Shown here: piece after piece, positions 1 to 12,769 of the stretch
How positions within the stretch are numbered: the first letter of the stretch is position 1
Layout of the letters: each line of letters starts with the position of its first letter
From: Callorhinchus milii
Lineage: Eukaryota
Reading direction: 5' to 3'
Assembly: GCF_018977255.1 (NCBI RefSeq)
Contig: NW_024705302.1
Coordinates: 1 to 55,597, forward strand
DNA: 55,597 nucleotides
Program-made: the position numbers and the translations under genes
Notes under the pieces: model-generated
What the model saw: the letters and a program-made list of their open reading frames with translations, nothing else
Told to the model about the DNA's origin: nothing
Database searches by the model: none

Positions 1-131
1 ATTGGATCACGGGAAGTGGGTTAAAAAACGACCGAAAGATTTGCACGGTCGTAAGCAAGCAAGCACGCAAGCAAGCAAGCAAGCACGCAATCAAGCAAGC
101 AAGCATGCAAACTTAATATAAAGGATTTAAA
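1..131 (-). mobile_element. Partial copy of a DINE-1/Helentron-like non-autonomous element (runs off the window start)
   Basis: Reverse complement matches 31346-31435 (TAAATCCTTTATATTAAGTT, (GCTT)n microsatellite, ...CCCGTGATCCAAT); the (GCAA)n tract is longer here. Confidence 0.6.
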
Positions 132-490
132 AACCCCAGAATTTCAGCTTCCTGAAGTCAATGGAAGGGGACTCTCCTTCCAAAAAACATCATCTCCTCC
201 TCCACCCCTTCCTCACCACCATCCTCGTAGGCTATCATCTCCTCTCAAGCAAGGTATTTCAATTTATTTATGCATTTATTTTAATTTATGTATGCATTTT
301 AGTAATAAGTAGTGTCTAAATTATTTTATACAACCCCATTAATGTACAATATGCCATATAAAATATATCTTATACTCTGGAACAGATTATTTCCTCCATT
401 GGAACCTCATTTGCCAGTGAAAATATAATTGGCTTTTTACCCTTCTATCTGGCAACAAAACTCACACCTTTTTACAAGGAGTCATGGTTG

Positions 491-1026
491 TGAAGTACTC
501 TTGAAGACGCGTGGACAACGTGGTAAGGCACACGTATTTATTTGCACAATGTCTTACAGCACTGGAGGGATGTATCGGCCCCCTCACCCGTAACACTGGG
601 AATTCACCCCTAGCTAGCCTTCCTAGCCGAGTCCTCCGCTAACGGGCTAGGGGAGGCTGTCTGGCCCGACACTGGTCAGTCGGGCTACGGTACCCGGAAT
701 CCCAGAGGTCTACCTCTGGTTCCGGGACCACGCCACTGGCTCCAGCCTGGCTGCCCTTACAAGGGCGGCGTCCCAGGGGGAGTCCAGGGCCTATCTGGCC
801 GGTCTTCTGTCTTCCCTTAACTACACTAAGACTGAGCCCCGAGCTCTCTGGCTCATCCCTTTTTATACCCCCCTAGAGGATCGAAACCCCCCTCACGCCG
901 TCCAGTGCGGACGTCGTTGCGGGCACCACCCCGTGTGCTCACGGAGTCCCCGCCCACTGTGTTTGTTATCCGTTAGCCCCTATGCAAACAGCCCTACACA
1001 AACAGCCCCTCTGTAACAGCCCTACA
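491..1026 (-). repeat. 3' LTR of element 1
   Basis: Near-identical to 6708-7243; preceded on the minus strand by the polypurine tract AGGGGGGGGTGA. Confidence 0.97.
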
Positions 1027-1605
1027 TCACCCCCCCCTGTACAGCTCGCAGCCGTCCCGGCTGCAACAACTTTAATAAAGGTTATTTAACCCCTGGATCC
1101 CCGCGTGTGCCTTAAAAAAACGTTTTTAACGCTAACATGAAGGAACCAACAGCAACAACGACAACAACAACAACAATGACAACAACAAAACCCACAACCC
1201 CGAAGGGAACAATCCGACGCACCCCCCCTGAATAAATACGAATACCGTAAGAGCGACGCATATATACAGGTTAAGCAGGGAACTCGCAGCACACATGCAA
1301 CACAACAAAAAAATGTGGTAGGAGCTCCCCACCGACGCAGCACCACGCAACCGTACGTAAGAGAAGAAGAAGAGAAAAAAAATGTTCGTCCAATGCATTA
1401 TAAGAGTCTGCGCATTTTTGCGCGTGTCCTTGCTGCAGGCCCGTCACACGGGGCAATCCCGGGTGGCGAACCCGCCGGTGGCGGTTGTTCGTTTTGTATA
1501 GAGTCCGCGTCTGACGTCGCGGGAACCTCGGCGTCCCTTGCAGCAGTAGGTGGGTGCGAGCTCGTCAGTCCCGGTGCACCTGTGGGCGGGACAGCCGGCG
1601 ACACG

Positions 1606-4600
1606 TCAGGCGAGGGCAGTGAGGACGGACCCTGAGTCGGCCGACCCCCCACATGTTTGGCCATGCGTGTGTGGAGTGGGGCCTCGCACCGCAACGAATG
1701 GTTTTAGCCTCGAGGGGTGCACAAACCACCGGCGCTTCCCCCATTTGATGCGGACACACTGAGGCCGCAGAACCTCGACCACCTCCACGGGCCCCCTCCA
1801 CGGCCGCGCCAGTTTAGGGGATGTTGCGAGCGGTACCTGGGGGCAGTGCAGCCATGCTCTGTCCCCCGGCTTCCACTGCAGCACGTGCGCGCGACCCAGT
1901 CTGAGGCGCTCGTTAGCTTTTTGACGCTGTTCCGAATTTAACATGGCAGCATCCCGTGCCTCCGCCAATTTTTCAAGGTTAAATTTGACATGGTCAATTA
2001 ATTTAGTTTTTCCTAGTGGTGTGGGGATCTGCAGCTGCGCCCGAATGGGTGGGTCAGGGTCGCGCCCATACATGAGGAAGAATGGCGAAAATCCCGTTGC
2101 AGCATGGGGGGCCAATCTGTATGCTGCCAAGACCCCTTGGATTTTCAAGTCCCAATCCGTCTGTGAGTCCGAAACCTGCTGTGATAACATAGACGAGATG
2201 GTACGATGCAGACGCTCGACCATCCCGTCAGTTTGCGGGTGATAGGGGGAAGTACGAATCTTTTTCGTTCCTAGGAGCTCACAAACCTGTTGGAGGAGTT
2301 TTCCGGAAAAATTTCTACCCTGGTCGGTCAGCAGCCGTTCCGGGGCACCTTTGTCCATGACATAGCCTTGGACAAAGGCGTCGACGATGGCTGCTGCCGA
2401 CTGATTGGCCAGGGGCCAGGCCATAGGCCAGCGCGTAAAATACTCGACCCCGGTTAACAAGTATCTGTTTCCCCTAGGGGTGGCGGGGAATGGGCCCAGA
2501 ATATCCAGCGCGACAAGTTCGTTTACTCTGGAGACCCTGATAGACTGCAAGGGCGGGTTAGATTCTCGCGCTGGTGGTTTCCGCTGTGCACACCTCGGGC
2601 ATGAAGCCAACAGATCAGGGACATCCCTTGTCATTCCTTGCCAAAAGAAATCACGCTGGAGCAAGGCGAGGGTCTTTTGGGTACCCAGGTGGAGGAGGCG
2701 CTCATGAGCAGCCCACACCACCCTACCCCGTAAGCCCGAAGGGACCACCAGCCGGTGTCGGTGGGATTTCCCGTCCCAGTGCAACAGCAACCCCGCGTGC
2801 ATTTCCCATGCGTCGGCATCACCCGATCCCCGCCCTGCCTCCCCGGCGCGACGACGCAACGCGAGGAGGGAGGTATCCTCCATCTGGAGGCGCCCCCATT
2901 CCTGGATGTGCAAACCCAACAGGGAATCTTTCCCTTGTTGTTCAATGGAACTCAGAACAACTGTCCCGCCGTCGGCGGGCCGCAAGGCCCGGAACCGACA
3001 CGTCCCCTGCTGGTTTGCAACGTCCCGACCCCAGGAGGCACGCGCATTCCGGGTGGTTGGCATGCGCGACAGAGCGTCCGCGTTGGTGTGGCGAACGCCC
3101 TTACGGTATGTGGTATCAAAATCAAAATCCTGGAGGATCTCCAACCATCGGGACAATTGTCCCGATGGCTGTTGAACTCGCAGGGCGTACTGCAGTGCCG
3201 CATGATCTGTGCGGACGGTGAAACGCCGACCGTACAGATATGGGCGATACTGTTGGATGAAATAGACAATTGCCAACAGTTCTCTGCGGGTAACACAATA
3301 TCTTTGCTCTGCTTGAGACAACACCCGACTGCCGTACGCAACCACCCGTTCGACGCCGTCAACCACCTGGGAAAGCACGCCCCCAATACCCGTGTTGCTC
3401 GCATCGGTGTCGAGCAGGAACGGCTTTGAAAAATCAGGGTAGATCAAGGGAGGAGCTTTTACCAAGGCGTCCCGAAGGGAGCAAAAAGCAGCCTCCTCCT
3501 CTTGACCCCAGTGGAACCGAACCCCCTTTGATGTTAATGCGTGTAGGGGTTTGGCAATTGTTGCAAAGTCGGCGACGAACCGTCTGTAATATGACGCGAA
3601 GCCGACGAAACTCCTGACCTCTCCCCCCGTGGTGGGAGTCGGCCAGGAGCTGACACACTGCGTTTTGGCGGGATCGGTAGCAATACCCGAGCGCCCTACG
3701 ATGTGCCCAAATAACGCACGGAATCGCGTAACAAATGACACTTTTGGGGCTTGAACTTCAAATTAGCAGCCCGCATCTTTAGGAAAACCGCCCGCAACCT
3801 CTGGAGATGTTCGTCAAAAGTTTTAGCGAAGACAATAACATCATCCAAATAAATCAGGCACGACTCCCATTGCAATCCAGCCAAAACCAATTCCATCAAA
3901 CGTTGGAAGGTTGCCGGCGCTGAGTGTAAGCCCATCGGCAACCGGTTGAATTGGAACAGGCCGTGCGGTGTACGGAAAGCAGTTTTAGGTTTCGATTCAT
4001 CATCCAGAGGAAGCTGCCAGAATCCCGAAAGTAAATCCAGCGTGGAGAAGAATCGCGCTCCCGCCAAGGCGTCCAGCGATTCGTCCATCCGTGGGAGCGG
4101 GTATGCGTCGGCAACCGAGATTTTGTTAAGGCGCCGAAAATCAACGCAAAACCGCAACGAGCCGTCCTGCTTTTTAACCAGGACGATCGGCGCTCCCCAA
4201 GGGCTGGTAGAGGGAGAAATAATGTCGGCGGCTAACATGTCATCCACAGCCAATTTGACATGGTCCTTTTCGGCGGGACTCAACCGAAACGGATTTTGGC
4301 GAATTGGCGCGCTGTCACCCGTGTCAATATGGTGACGCAGCAGATGAGTGCAACCCAAATCGTATTTATTCCGACTAAAAACGTCGGAAAATTCCTGCAG
4401 TAGCGATCTAAGCTGTTGGCGCTCTGAATTTGACAGGTCCGTCGATCCCGCACAAAGCGCGTCGAGCCACCCGTCATCGCTGTCCGAATGTGGGTGCAGT
4501 CGGGTGGCGGTGCCGACCTGATTCGCAACCGGTTCCTCGCAGGGCATCGGCGTCGCGTGCGCAAGCACCGTCCCTCGAGGAACCACAACAGGTTGCGATC

Positions 4601-5390
4601 CCACATTGAGGACCGCGATGAAAGGGTCCCCATCTCCCCTCACAACGGTCAGGGCCGGACGCAAATGCGGTCCACTAACCCCGGCCCTAGACGGTCCCAA
4701 CAGGATTCCCTGGGCCCCGATACCCTCCGCGAAGGGCCGACGAAGTTTTAGGGTACCAACATCTGAGCCCCGGCGGCACACGAACGGTTTCGACGACGGA
4801 CGCAGGTATAGTTACGAACGCCGTCCGAATCACAGAAGGGGAGGGTAAAAACGCCATGCGCCGTCCCGACGGGAGCTCAATGCATCCCTGGTCTATTAAA
4901 ATACGGATCGGCATTTTACCCAAGAAGTCCGTCCCCAGCAGGCACGGAACCGCCAGCGAGGAGGAAACAAAAATCGGGCCTGATAATTTGATATCCCCGA
5001 TACAAATTTGCGCTCGAATTTGTCCAATAATACCCAGGGAGCCCCCATTCGCCGCATAGAATGGGACATTAACTGGTAGCAAGGGACGGCTTTGGACAGG
5101 CAAAATGTTGTAAATCAAATCGGAAATAATGGTCGCCGATGCCCCCGTGTCAACCAGGATGCGTACCTCAACCCCGTCAATAAGTCCCACGACGGCCGAC
5201 GACCCTGACGATGCGGCCACAACGCGATGGGCCAACGCGGACCACTGCCCGGGCTCGATTCGAGTCCCCACAGTGGTACGCGCCGGCCCGTCGCGATGCG
5301 ACGTCGTCCCCCCATTCGTTGCGATGCGAGAGTGTGCGACAGGTGTGTGTGTTGGCCAAACATGTGTGGTGTCGCGACTCGCCGGATCAT
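1606..5390 (-). CDS. pol: Pol polyprotein (protease, RT, RNase H, integrase), split over three frames by 1-bp deletions
   Basis: ILVDTGAS (aspartic protease); RFCVDFRRLN, LDLLSGFWQ and YLDD (RT); LDTDAS and TDHAAL (RNase H); H-H-C-C, LDILGPF, TDQGRNF, GMVER and PWRGP (integrase). ORFs 4687-5646, 3696-4781, 1606-3741. Confidence 0.93.
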
Positions 5391-6685
5391 GTTGATGAAG
5401 CTTGGGAGGAGGAGGAGGCCCGGCGTCCTGGCGAGGCGTCGTCCCACGCTGTCGAGGGAGAGCGGCACCCCGAGGCGACATGGCCCCGGACGCCGCAGTT
5501 GAAGCAGCGCGGAAGCGGCGGCGGCGATGACGGGCGGTCGAAGCGGCTCGACCCATCCCGGGCCGGCCGCGCTCCCGTCCCCTGCTGCCGACGATGGTTG
5601 ACGGCGAAGACCTCCTCCGCCGGAAGGGTGGCTGCCGCCACCGCACGCCCAGCCGCTGCCCTGCTGGCCTTCCGCCGCTGCGACAGCAAGTTGGCGTGGA
5701 GGAGTCGCGCCGCTTGTAGAGAAGTCATCTCAGAATCCTCCTGTGCCACGACGGCGATGTCCAGGTCGTCTGCTAGCAGGAGGATTTTCTCAGTTACCAT
5801 GGCGTCGACCCCGTCCTCGTCCATGCGAGGAAAGGCTGTCTTGGCCAATGCCAGGAGGCTTGTTCTGTAAGCCAGCGGCGACTCCTTCGCGCCCCGCTGG
5901 CGGTCGTAGAACTGCTGCCTACACTCCGCGGAAGGCCCGTAGACTCCGGCCAGCAGCTGCAGCGCCATCGGCAGCGTAGAGCGCCTTTCCTTCGGCGCCG
6001 ATGTTAGGGCGGCAAGCGCGTCGCCGTCGAGGAGCGCCGGCAGGGCGCTGAGAGCTTCAGCGTCTGTCCATTTGGCCATTTCTTGGTGGGCGAGGAAGCG
6101 TCTTTGGAAGCCGCCCCAGTCGCCCTCTGCGCCCACGAATTCTTTAAGCGGGGGCAGCCTTTGGTGCAGCGCAGCGGTTGCCGTGGAGTCCCGTGGGCTG
6201 CTGTCTCCCCGACTCGGCTGTGTCTCGGCGCGAACGGCAGATGGTATCGCCTGTCGCAGCCTTGATGACGCGCCCTCCTCCGTCGTTGATGCGGCAGCCC
6301 CAGCGCGGCCGATGTCGGACCCCAGGTTGAGGTTGGCCACGCCCCTAGCGGTCGCCGCGTCGATGGCGGGAAATTCAAAATTTGAATCTTCCGAAATGGC
6401 GGGAAGGCGCTCCGGACGCCGGCTCCCCTCGCCCCGCGGTGGACCACCAGCCCCCAGCCGTGTGATGTTTTCCAGCGTAGCGGCAGCGGCGTAGAGCAGT
6501 TCAGCCAGCCTCTCGTGAGCCAGCCTCAGCTCGTCTGTCCGCGGCTCCTCTTCATGCCGACGTTCCGGTAAGAACGCGTCCGGCCCCGGCTGCACGTTGT
6601 CCTGTTGAGCCATCTCGGGCTCGACAATTTCGGCGGCGTCTTCCATTTGCTGTACTCTGGCTCGAGCTGATTGGCGCGTGTCCAT
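5387..6685 (-). CDS. gag: Gag polyprotein with CCHC zinc knuckle
   Basis: ATG at 6685 (MDTRQSAR) just after the PBS; EFVGAEGDWGGFQRRF capsid-like motif; CFNCGVRGHVASGC knuckle. Confidence 0.92.
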   Translation of the reverse strand: MDTRQSARARVQQMEDAAEIVEPEMAQQDNVQPGPDAFLPERRHEEEPRTDELRLAHERLAELLYAAAATLENITRLGAGGPPRGEGSRRPERLPAISEDSNFEFPAIDAATARGVANLNLGSDIGRAGAAASTTEEGASSRLRQAIPSAVRAETQPSRGDSSPRDSTATAALHQRLPPLKEFVGAEGDWGGFQRRFLAHQEMAKWTDAEALSALPALLDGDALAALTSAPKERRSTLPMALQLLAGVYGPSAECRQQFYDRQRGAKESPLAYRTSLLALAKTAFPRMDEDGVDAMVTEKILLLADDLDIAVVAQEDSEMTSLQAARLLHANLLSQRRKASRAAAGRAVAAATLPAEEVFAVNHRRQQGTGARPARDGSSRFDRPSSPPPLPRCFNCGVRGHVASGCRSPSTAWDDASPGRRASSSSQASST

Positions 6686-6693
6686 CGGTGGTT

Positions 6694-6705
6694 CTTCTGA
6701 CGCCA
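6694..6705 (-). other. Primer-binding site, tRNA-Leu-like
   Basis: TGGCGTCAGAAG, 2 nt downstream of the 5' LTR; one mismatch to TGGTGTCAGAAG, the complement of the tRNA-Leu 3' end. Confidence 0.8.
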
Positions 6706-6707
6706 GA

Positions 6708-7243
6708 TGAAGTACTCTTGAAGACGCGTGGACAACGTGGTAAGGCACACGTATTTATTTGCACAATGTCTTACAGCACTGGAGGGATGTATCGGCCCCC
6801 TCACCCGTAACACTGGGAATTCACCCCTAGCTAGCCTTCCTAGCCGAGTCCTCCGCTAACGGGCTAGGGGAGGCTGTCTGGCCCGACACTGGTCAGTCGG
6901 GCTACGGTACCCGGAATCCCAGAGGTCTACTCTGGTTCCGGGACCACGCCACTGGCTCCAGCCTGTGCTGCCCTTACAAGGGCGGCGTCCCAGGGGGAGT
7001 CCAGGGCCTATCTGGCCGGTCTTCTGTCTTCCCTTAACTACACTAAGACTGAGCCCCGAGCTCTCTGGCTCATCCCTTTTTATACCCCCCTAGAGGATCG
7101 AAACCCCCCTCACGCCGTCCAGTGCGGACGTCGTTGCGGGCACCACCCCGTGTGCTCACGGAGTCCCCGCCCACTGTGTTTGTTATCCGTTAGCCCCTAT
7201 GCAAACAGCCCTACACAAACAGCCCCTCTGTAACAGCCCTACA
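6708..7243 (-). repeat. 5' LTR of element 1
   Basis: TGTAGGG...TTCA on the minus strand, followed by the PBS. Confidence 0.97.
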
Positions 7244-7597
7244 GTTGCATAGACCACAATACCTGCAGTCATAATGCAAACAAAAAACATAACTCTGATA
7301 ATGTGCACAGTCCTTGAAGTTGATTGGTCCACACCCGAGACAGCTTTCCTTAGAGCCTAGTTTCACAAAAAGGCGCCTTTTGGCGTCATCTGGTCCAACT
7401 CATGTGAGACTAGTGTATACACAGACTACACTCACTGCTATGCAATATTCCTTAAGGACCCCGCACTTGTCTCGTTCACAACGATATTCACGTCGTTGTC
7501 GTTGTTTGCCGAGCTCACATACCCAAGGGCTCTGTAAAGCAGACGGAGAAACGTGAAAGGAATCGAAATCGACCTCGACTCGAAGGCCACTCCGATC

Positions 7598-10500
7598 GCA
7601 ACACTCACAGCCTCATCATCATCAGTAGACCTCCACTTTACACTCACAGTCTCATCATCAGTAGACCTCCACTATTACACTCACAGCATCATCATCATCA
7701 TCAGCAGACCTCCACTATTACACTCACAGCATCATTATCATCATCAGCAGATCTCCACTATTACACTCACAGTCTCATCATCATCAGTATACCTCCACTA
7801 TTACACTCACAGCATCATCATCATCAGTAGACCTCCACTATTACACTCACAGCATCATCATCATCAGTAGACCTCCACTATTACACTCACAGCATCATCA
7901 GCATCAGTAGACCTCCACTATTAAACTCACAACCTCATCATCAGTAGACCTCCACTTTACACTCACAGCCTCATCATCATCAGTAGACCTCCACTATTAC
8001 ACTCACAGCATCATCATCATCAGTAGACCTCCACTATTACACTCACAGCATCATCATCATCATCAGTAGACCTCCACTATTACACTCACAGCATCATCAT
8101 CATCAGTAGACCTCCACTATTACACGCACAGCATCATCATCATCAGTAGACCTCCACTATTACACTCACAACCTCATCATCATCAGTAGACCTCCACTAT
8201 TACTCACATCATCATCATCAGTAGATCTCCACTATTACACTCACAGCATCATCATCATCAGTAGACCTCCACTATTACACTCACAGCATCATCATCAGCA
8301 GCAGACTTCCACTATTACACTCACAGCATCATCATCATCAGCAGATCTCCACTATTACACTCACAGTCTCATCATCATCAGTAGACCTCCACTATTACAC
8401 TCACAGCATCATCAGCATCAGTAGACCTCCACTATTACACTCACAGCATCATCATCATCAGCAGATCTCCACTATTACACTCAGTCTCATCATCAGTAGA
8501 CCTCCACTATTACATTCACAGCATCATCATCATCAGTAGACCTCCACTATTACACTCACAGCATCATCAGCATCAGTAGACCTCCACTATTACACTCACA
8601 ACCTCATTCATCATCATCAGTAGACCTCCACTATTACACTCACAGCATCATCATCATCAGTAGACCTCCACTATTACACTCACAGCATCATCATCATCAG
8701 TAGACCTCCACTATTACACTCACAGCATCATCATCATCAGTAGACCTCCACTATTACACTCACAGCATCATCATCATCATCAGCAGATCTCCACTATACA
8801 CTCACAGTCTCATCATCATCAGTAGACCTCCACTATTACACTCACAGCATCATCAGCATCAGTAGACCTCCACTATTACACTCACAGCATCATCATCATC
8901 AGTAGACCTCCACTATTACACTCACAGCATCATCAGCATCAGTAGACCTCCACTATTAAACTCACACCTTAACATCAGTAGACCTCCACTTTACACTCAC
9001 AGCCTCATCATCATCAGTAGACCTCCACTATTACACTCACAGACTCATCATCATCAGTAGACCTCCACTATTACACTCACAGCATCATCATCATCAGTAG
9101 ACCTCCACTATTACACTCACAGCATCATCATCATCAGTAGACCTCCACTATTACACTCACAGATCATCATCATCAGTAGACCTCCACTATTACACTCACA
9201 GCATCATCATCATCAGTAGACCTCCACTATTACACTCACAGCATCATCATCATCAGTAGACCTCCACTATTACACTCACAGCATCATCATCATCATCAGT
9301 AGACCTCCACTATTACACTCACATCATCATCATCAGTAGACCTCCACTAATACACTCAGTCTCATCATCATCAGTAGACCTCCACTAATACACTCACATC
9401 ATCATCATCATCAGTAGACCTCCACTATTACACTCAGTCTCATCATCATCAGTAGACCTCCACTTTACACTCACAGCCTCATCATCAGTAGACCTCCACT
9501 ATTACACTCAGTCTCATCATCATCAGTAGACCTCCACTATTACACTCACAGCATCTCATCATCATCAGTAGACCTCCACTATTACACTCACAGTCTCATC
9601 ATCATCAGCAGACCTCCACTATTACACTCACAGTCTCATCATCATCAGTAGACCTCCACTATTACACTCACCTCATCATCAGCATCAGTAGACCTCCACT
9701 ATTACACTCACAGCATCTCATCATCATCAGCAGATCTCCACTATTACACTCAGTCTCATCATCATCAGTAGACCTCCACTATTACACTCACAGCATCATC
9801 ATCATCAGTAGACCTCCACTATTACACTCACAGCATCATCATCATCAGTAGACCTCCACTATTACACTCACAACCTCATCATCAGTAGACCTCCACTTTA
9901 CACTCACAGCCTCATCTCATCAGTAGACCTCCACTATTACACTCACAGACTCATCATCATCAGTAGACCTCCACTATTACACTCACAGCATCATCAATCA
10001 TCAGTAGACCTCCACTAATACACTCACAGCATCATCATCAGCAGCAGACCTCCACTATTACACTCAGTCTCATCATCATCAGTAGACCTCCACTATTACA
10101 CTCACACCTCATCATCAGTAGACCTCCACTATTACACTCACAGACTCATCATCATCAGTAGACCTCCACTATTACACTCACAGCATCATCATCATCAGTA
10201 GACCTCCACTATTACACTCACAGCATCATCATCATCAGTAGACCTCCACTATTACACTCACAGCATCATCAGCATCAGTAGACCTCCACTATTACACTCA
10301 CAGCATCATCATCAGTAGACCTCCACTATTACACTCACATCATCATCATCAGTAGACCTCCACTAATACACTCAGTCTCATCATCATCAGTAGACCTCCA
10401 CTAATACACTCACATCCTCATCATCCTCATCAGTAGACCTCCACTATTACACTCAGTCTCATCATCATCAGTAGACCTCCACTTTACACTCACAGCCTCA

Positions 10501-11385
10501 TCATCAGTAGACCTCCACTATTACACTCAGTCTCATCATCATCAGTAGACCTCCACTATTACACTCACAGCATCATCATCATCAGTAGACCTCCACTATT
10601 ACACTCACAGCATCATCATCATCATCAGTAGACCTCCACTATTACACTCACAGCATCATCATCATCAGTAGAACTCCATTATTATACTCACAGCATCATC
10701 ATCATCAGTAGACCTCCACTATTACACTCACAGCATCATCATCATCAGTAGTAGACCCCCACTAGTATACTCACATCATCATCATCATCAGTAGACCTCC
10801 ACTATTACACTCACAGCATCATCATCATCAGTAGACCTCCACTATTACACTCACAGCGTCATCATCATCAGTAGACCTCCACTATTACACTCACAGTCTC
10901 ATCATCATCAGTAGACCTCCACTATTACACTCACAGCATCATCATCATCAGTAGACCTCCACTATCACACTCACAGCATCACCATCATCAGTAGATCTCC
11001 ACTATTACACTCACAGCATCATCATCATCAGTAGACCTCCACTATTACACTCACAGCATCATCATCATCAGTAGACCTCCACTATTACACTCACAGCATC
11101 ACCATCATCAGTAGATCTCCACTATCACACTCAGCTCATCATCAGTAGACCTCCACTAGTATACTCACAGCCTCACACTATACTCTTGGTTCTTTCGGTA
11201 CAGTCCCGTAGGTAAAGAAAATAAAAGATACAAAAAATAAAAACCACGACGTTTCGATTGCAACACAAGCAATCATCATCATCATCAGTAGACCTCCACT
11301 ATTACACTCACAGCATCATCATCATCATCAGTAGACCCCCACTAGTATACTCACAGCAACACAAGCAATCATCATCATCATCAGG
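7598..11385. repeat. 40-bp minisatellite, roughly 90 copies, with a variable (CAT)n tract
   Basis: Unit AGTAGACCTCCACTATTACACTCACAGCATCATCATCATC; interrupted at ~11176-11275 by a hammerhead-family repeat end. Confidence 0.97.
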
Positions 11386-11390
11386 CGTGA
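11182..11390 (-). mobile_element. Penelope-like terminal repeat copy with a disrupted hammerhead motif
   Basis: TCTTGGTTCTTTCGGT terminus, A-rich tract, then GACGTTTCGATTGCAACACAAGCAATCATCATC identical to 50208-50240; the core is split by two minisatellite units. Confidence 0.65.
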
Positions 11391-11455
11391 CAACCACAGC
11401 AAGAAATTTGACTGAAGTGGGAGATAAGCCGGAGTCAAGGGGTTTATACTGGGCA

Positions 11456-12122
11456 GGGTTGGTGGGGGGGGAAGTGGGTGGGGCTGTTGGTGGGGGGAAG
11501 TGGGTGGGGCTGTTGGTGGGGGAAGTGGGCGGGGCTTTAGGTGGGGGGAAGTGGGCGGGGCTATTGGTGGTGGGGGGGGGGAGTGGGCGGGGCTGTTAGT
11601 GGGGGGAAGTGGGCGGGGCTGTTGGTGGGGGGTGATGTGGGCGGGGCTGTTAGTGGGGGGAAGTGGGTGGGGCTGTTGGTGGGGGGAAGTGGGCGGGGCT
11701 GTTGGTGGGGGGAAGCGGGCGGGGCTGTTGGTGGTGGGGGGGGAAGCGGGCGGGGCTGTTGGTGGGGGAAGTGGGCGGGGCTGTTGGTGGGGGGGAAGTG
11801 GGCGGGGCTGTTGGTGGGGGGAAGCGGGCGGGGCTGTTGGTGGGGGAAGCGGGTGGGGCTGTTGGTGGTGGGGGGGGAAGCGGGTGGGGCTGTTGGTGGT
11901 GGTGGGGGAAGCGGGTGGGGCTGTTGGTGGGGGAAGTGGGCGGGGCTGTTGGTGGGGGGAGAAGCGGGTGGGGCTGTTGGTGGGGGGAAGTGGGCGGGGC
12001 TGTTGGTGGGGGGAAGTGGGCGGGGCTGTTGGTGGGGGGAGTGGGCGGGGCTGTTGGTGGGGGGAGTGGGGGGGGCTGTTGTGGGGGGGAAGTGTGCGGG
12101 GCTGTTGGTGGGGGGATGGTGG
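11456..12122. repeat. G-rich ~26-30-bp minisatellite (GGGGAAGTGGGCGGGGCTGTTGGTG)n, potential G-quadruplex array
   Basis: About 24 copies, each with several runs of 3 or more G; many contain GGGCGGGG GC-boxes. Confidence 0.95.
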
Positions 12123-12285
12123 CACTCACAACACAATAGTGACGCTGCTGAGCGCTGATGATGTAATTAAGTCGGCAGGATAGACCAGGGATCCGGTAAA
12201 TAAGATGGAACAAATAAGAACACTCTCATATTCTTAGGTGTTTTCGGTAAAGTCACTCACGACGTTTGGAGGCAACACACTACTC

Positions 12286-12605
12286 CGCGTGACGTCATCG
12301 GCGTGAAACGCCCGAGCGGTGTTGTCCTGCGCTGCTGGTGACGTCATGTCACCATGCGGCTGCGCGTGACGTCATCGGCGTGAAACGCCCGAGCGGCGGT
12401 GTCCCGCGCTGCTGGTGACGTCATGTCACCATGCGGCTGCGCGTGACGTCATCGGCGTGAGACGTCTGAACGGTGGTGTCCTGCGCTGGTGGTGACGTCA
12501 TGTCACCATGCGGCTGCGCGTGACGTCATCGGCGTGAGACTCCCGAGTGGTGGTGTCCCGCGCTGGTGGTGACGTCATGTCACCATGCGGCTGCGCGTGA
12601 CGTCA
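12286..12605. repeat. 77-bp tandem repeat, 4 copies plus a partial copy, two perfect CRE palindromes per unit
   Basis: TGACGTCA at 12290, 12367, 12444, 12521 and 12598, plus a second TGACGTCA inside each full unit. Confidence 0.95.
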
Positions 12606-12769
12606 TTTACCTCTGCCAATTTCCTTTCCGGTGTGGCAAATCCTTATTGCTGGTTCTTTCGGTGAAGTCACGTAGATAGAAAATAAAAATCTAATTAAAT
12701 TACAAAATAAAAGGGGAGGGGGGCGGGGTGAGGAGGGATGAAGGGGGCGGAGGGAGGAGGGTTCACCCC

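Larger units (their letters stand above)
491..7243 (-). mobile_element. Ty3/Gypsy LTR retrotransposon, full length, very recent (element 1)
   Basis: Two 536-bp LTRs (491-1026, 6708-7243) bounded by TG...CA and differing by about 2 single-base indels; 4-bp TSD GTTG (487-490, 7244-7247); PBS at 6694-6705; PPT at 1027-1038; gag-PR-RT-RH-IN order. Confidence 0.97.

Noticed and set aside
1086..1456. env-like or membrane ORF downstream of the element 1 integrase
   Set aside because: The hydrophobic and Cys runs come from a (CAA)n tract; short, with no furin site or env architecture.
5387..5400. Programmed gag-pol frameshift in element 1
   Set aside because: The frames differ by +1, but I saw no clear slippery site, and homopolymer errors elsewhere make the offset unreliable.
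1717..6494. Plus-strand ORFs antisense to gag/pol (also 33295-38771 and 47996-52095)
   Set aside because: Shadow ORFs of GC-rich retroelement coding sequence.
7598..11385. CRISPR-like array
   Set aside because: Head-to-tail 40-bp units with no unique spacers, no cas genes and a eukaryotic context.
11456..12122. Telomeric repeat
   Set aside because: The unit is not TTAGGG-based.
11258..12213. Pro-rich and Gly/Trp-rich ORFs of 110-265 aa
   Set aside because: Open in nearly all frames only because the G-rich minisatellite lacks stop codons.
12257..12290. Functional hammerhead at the second tandem terminus
   Set aside because: Only AAACGUC and part of stem II remain; the CUGANGA box is missing.
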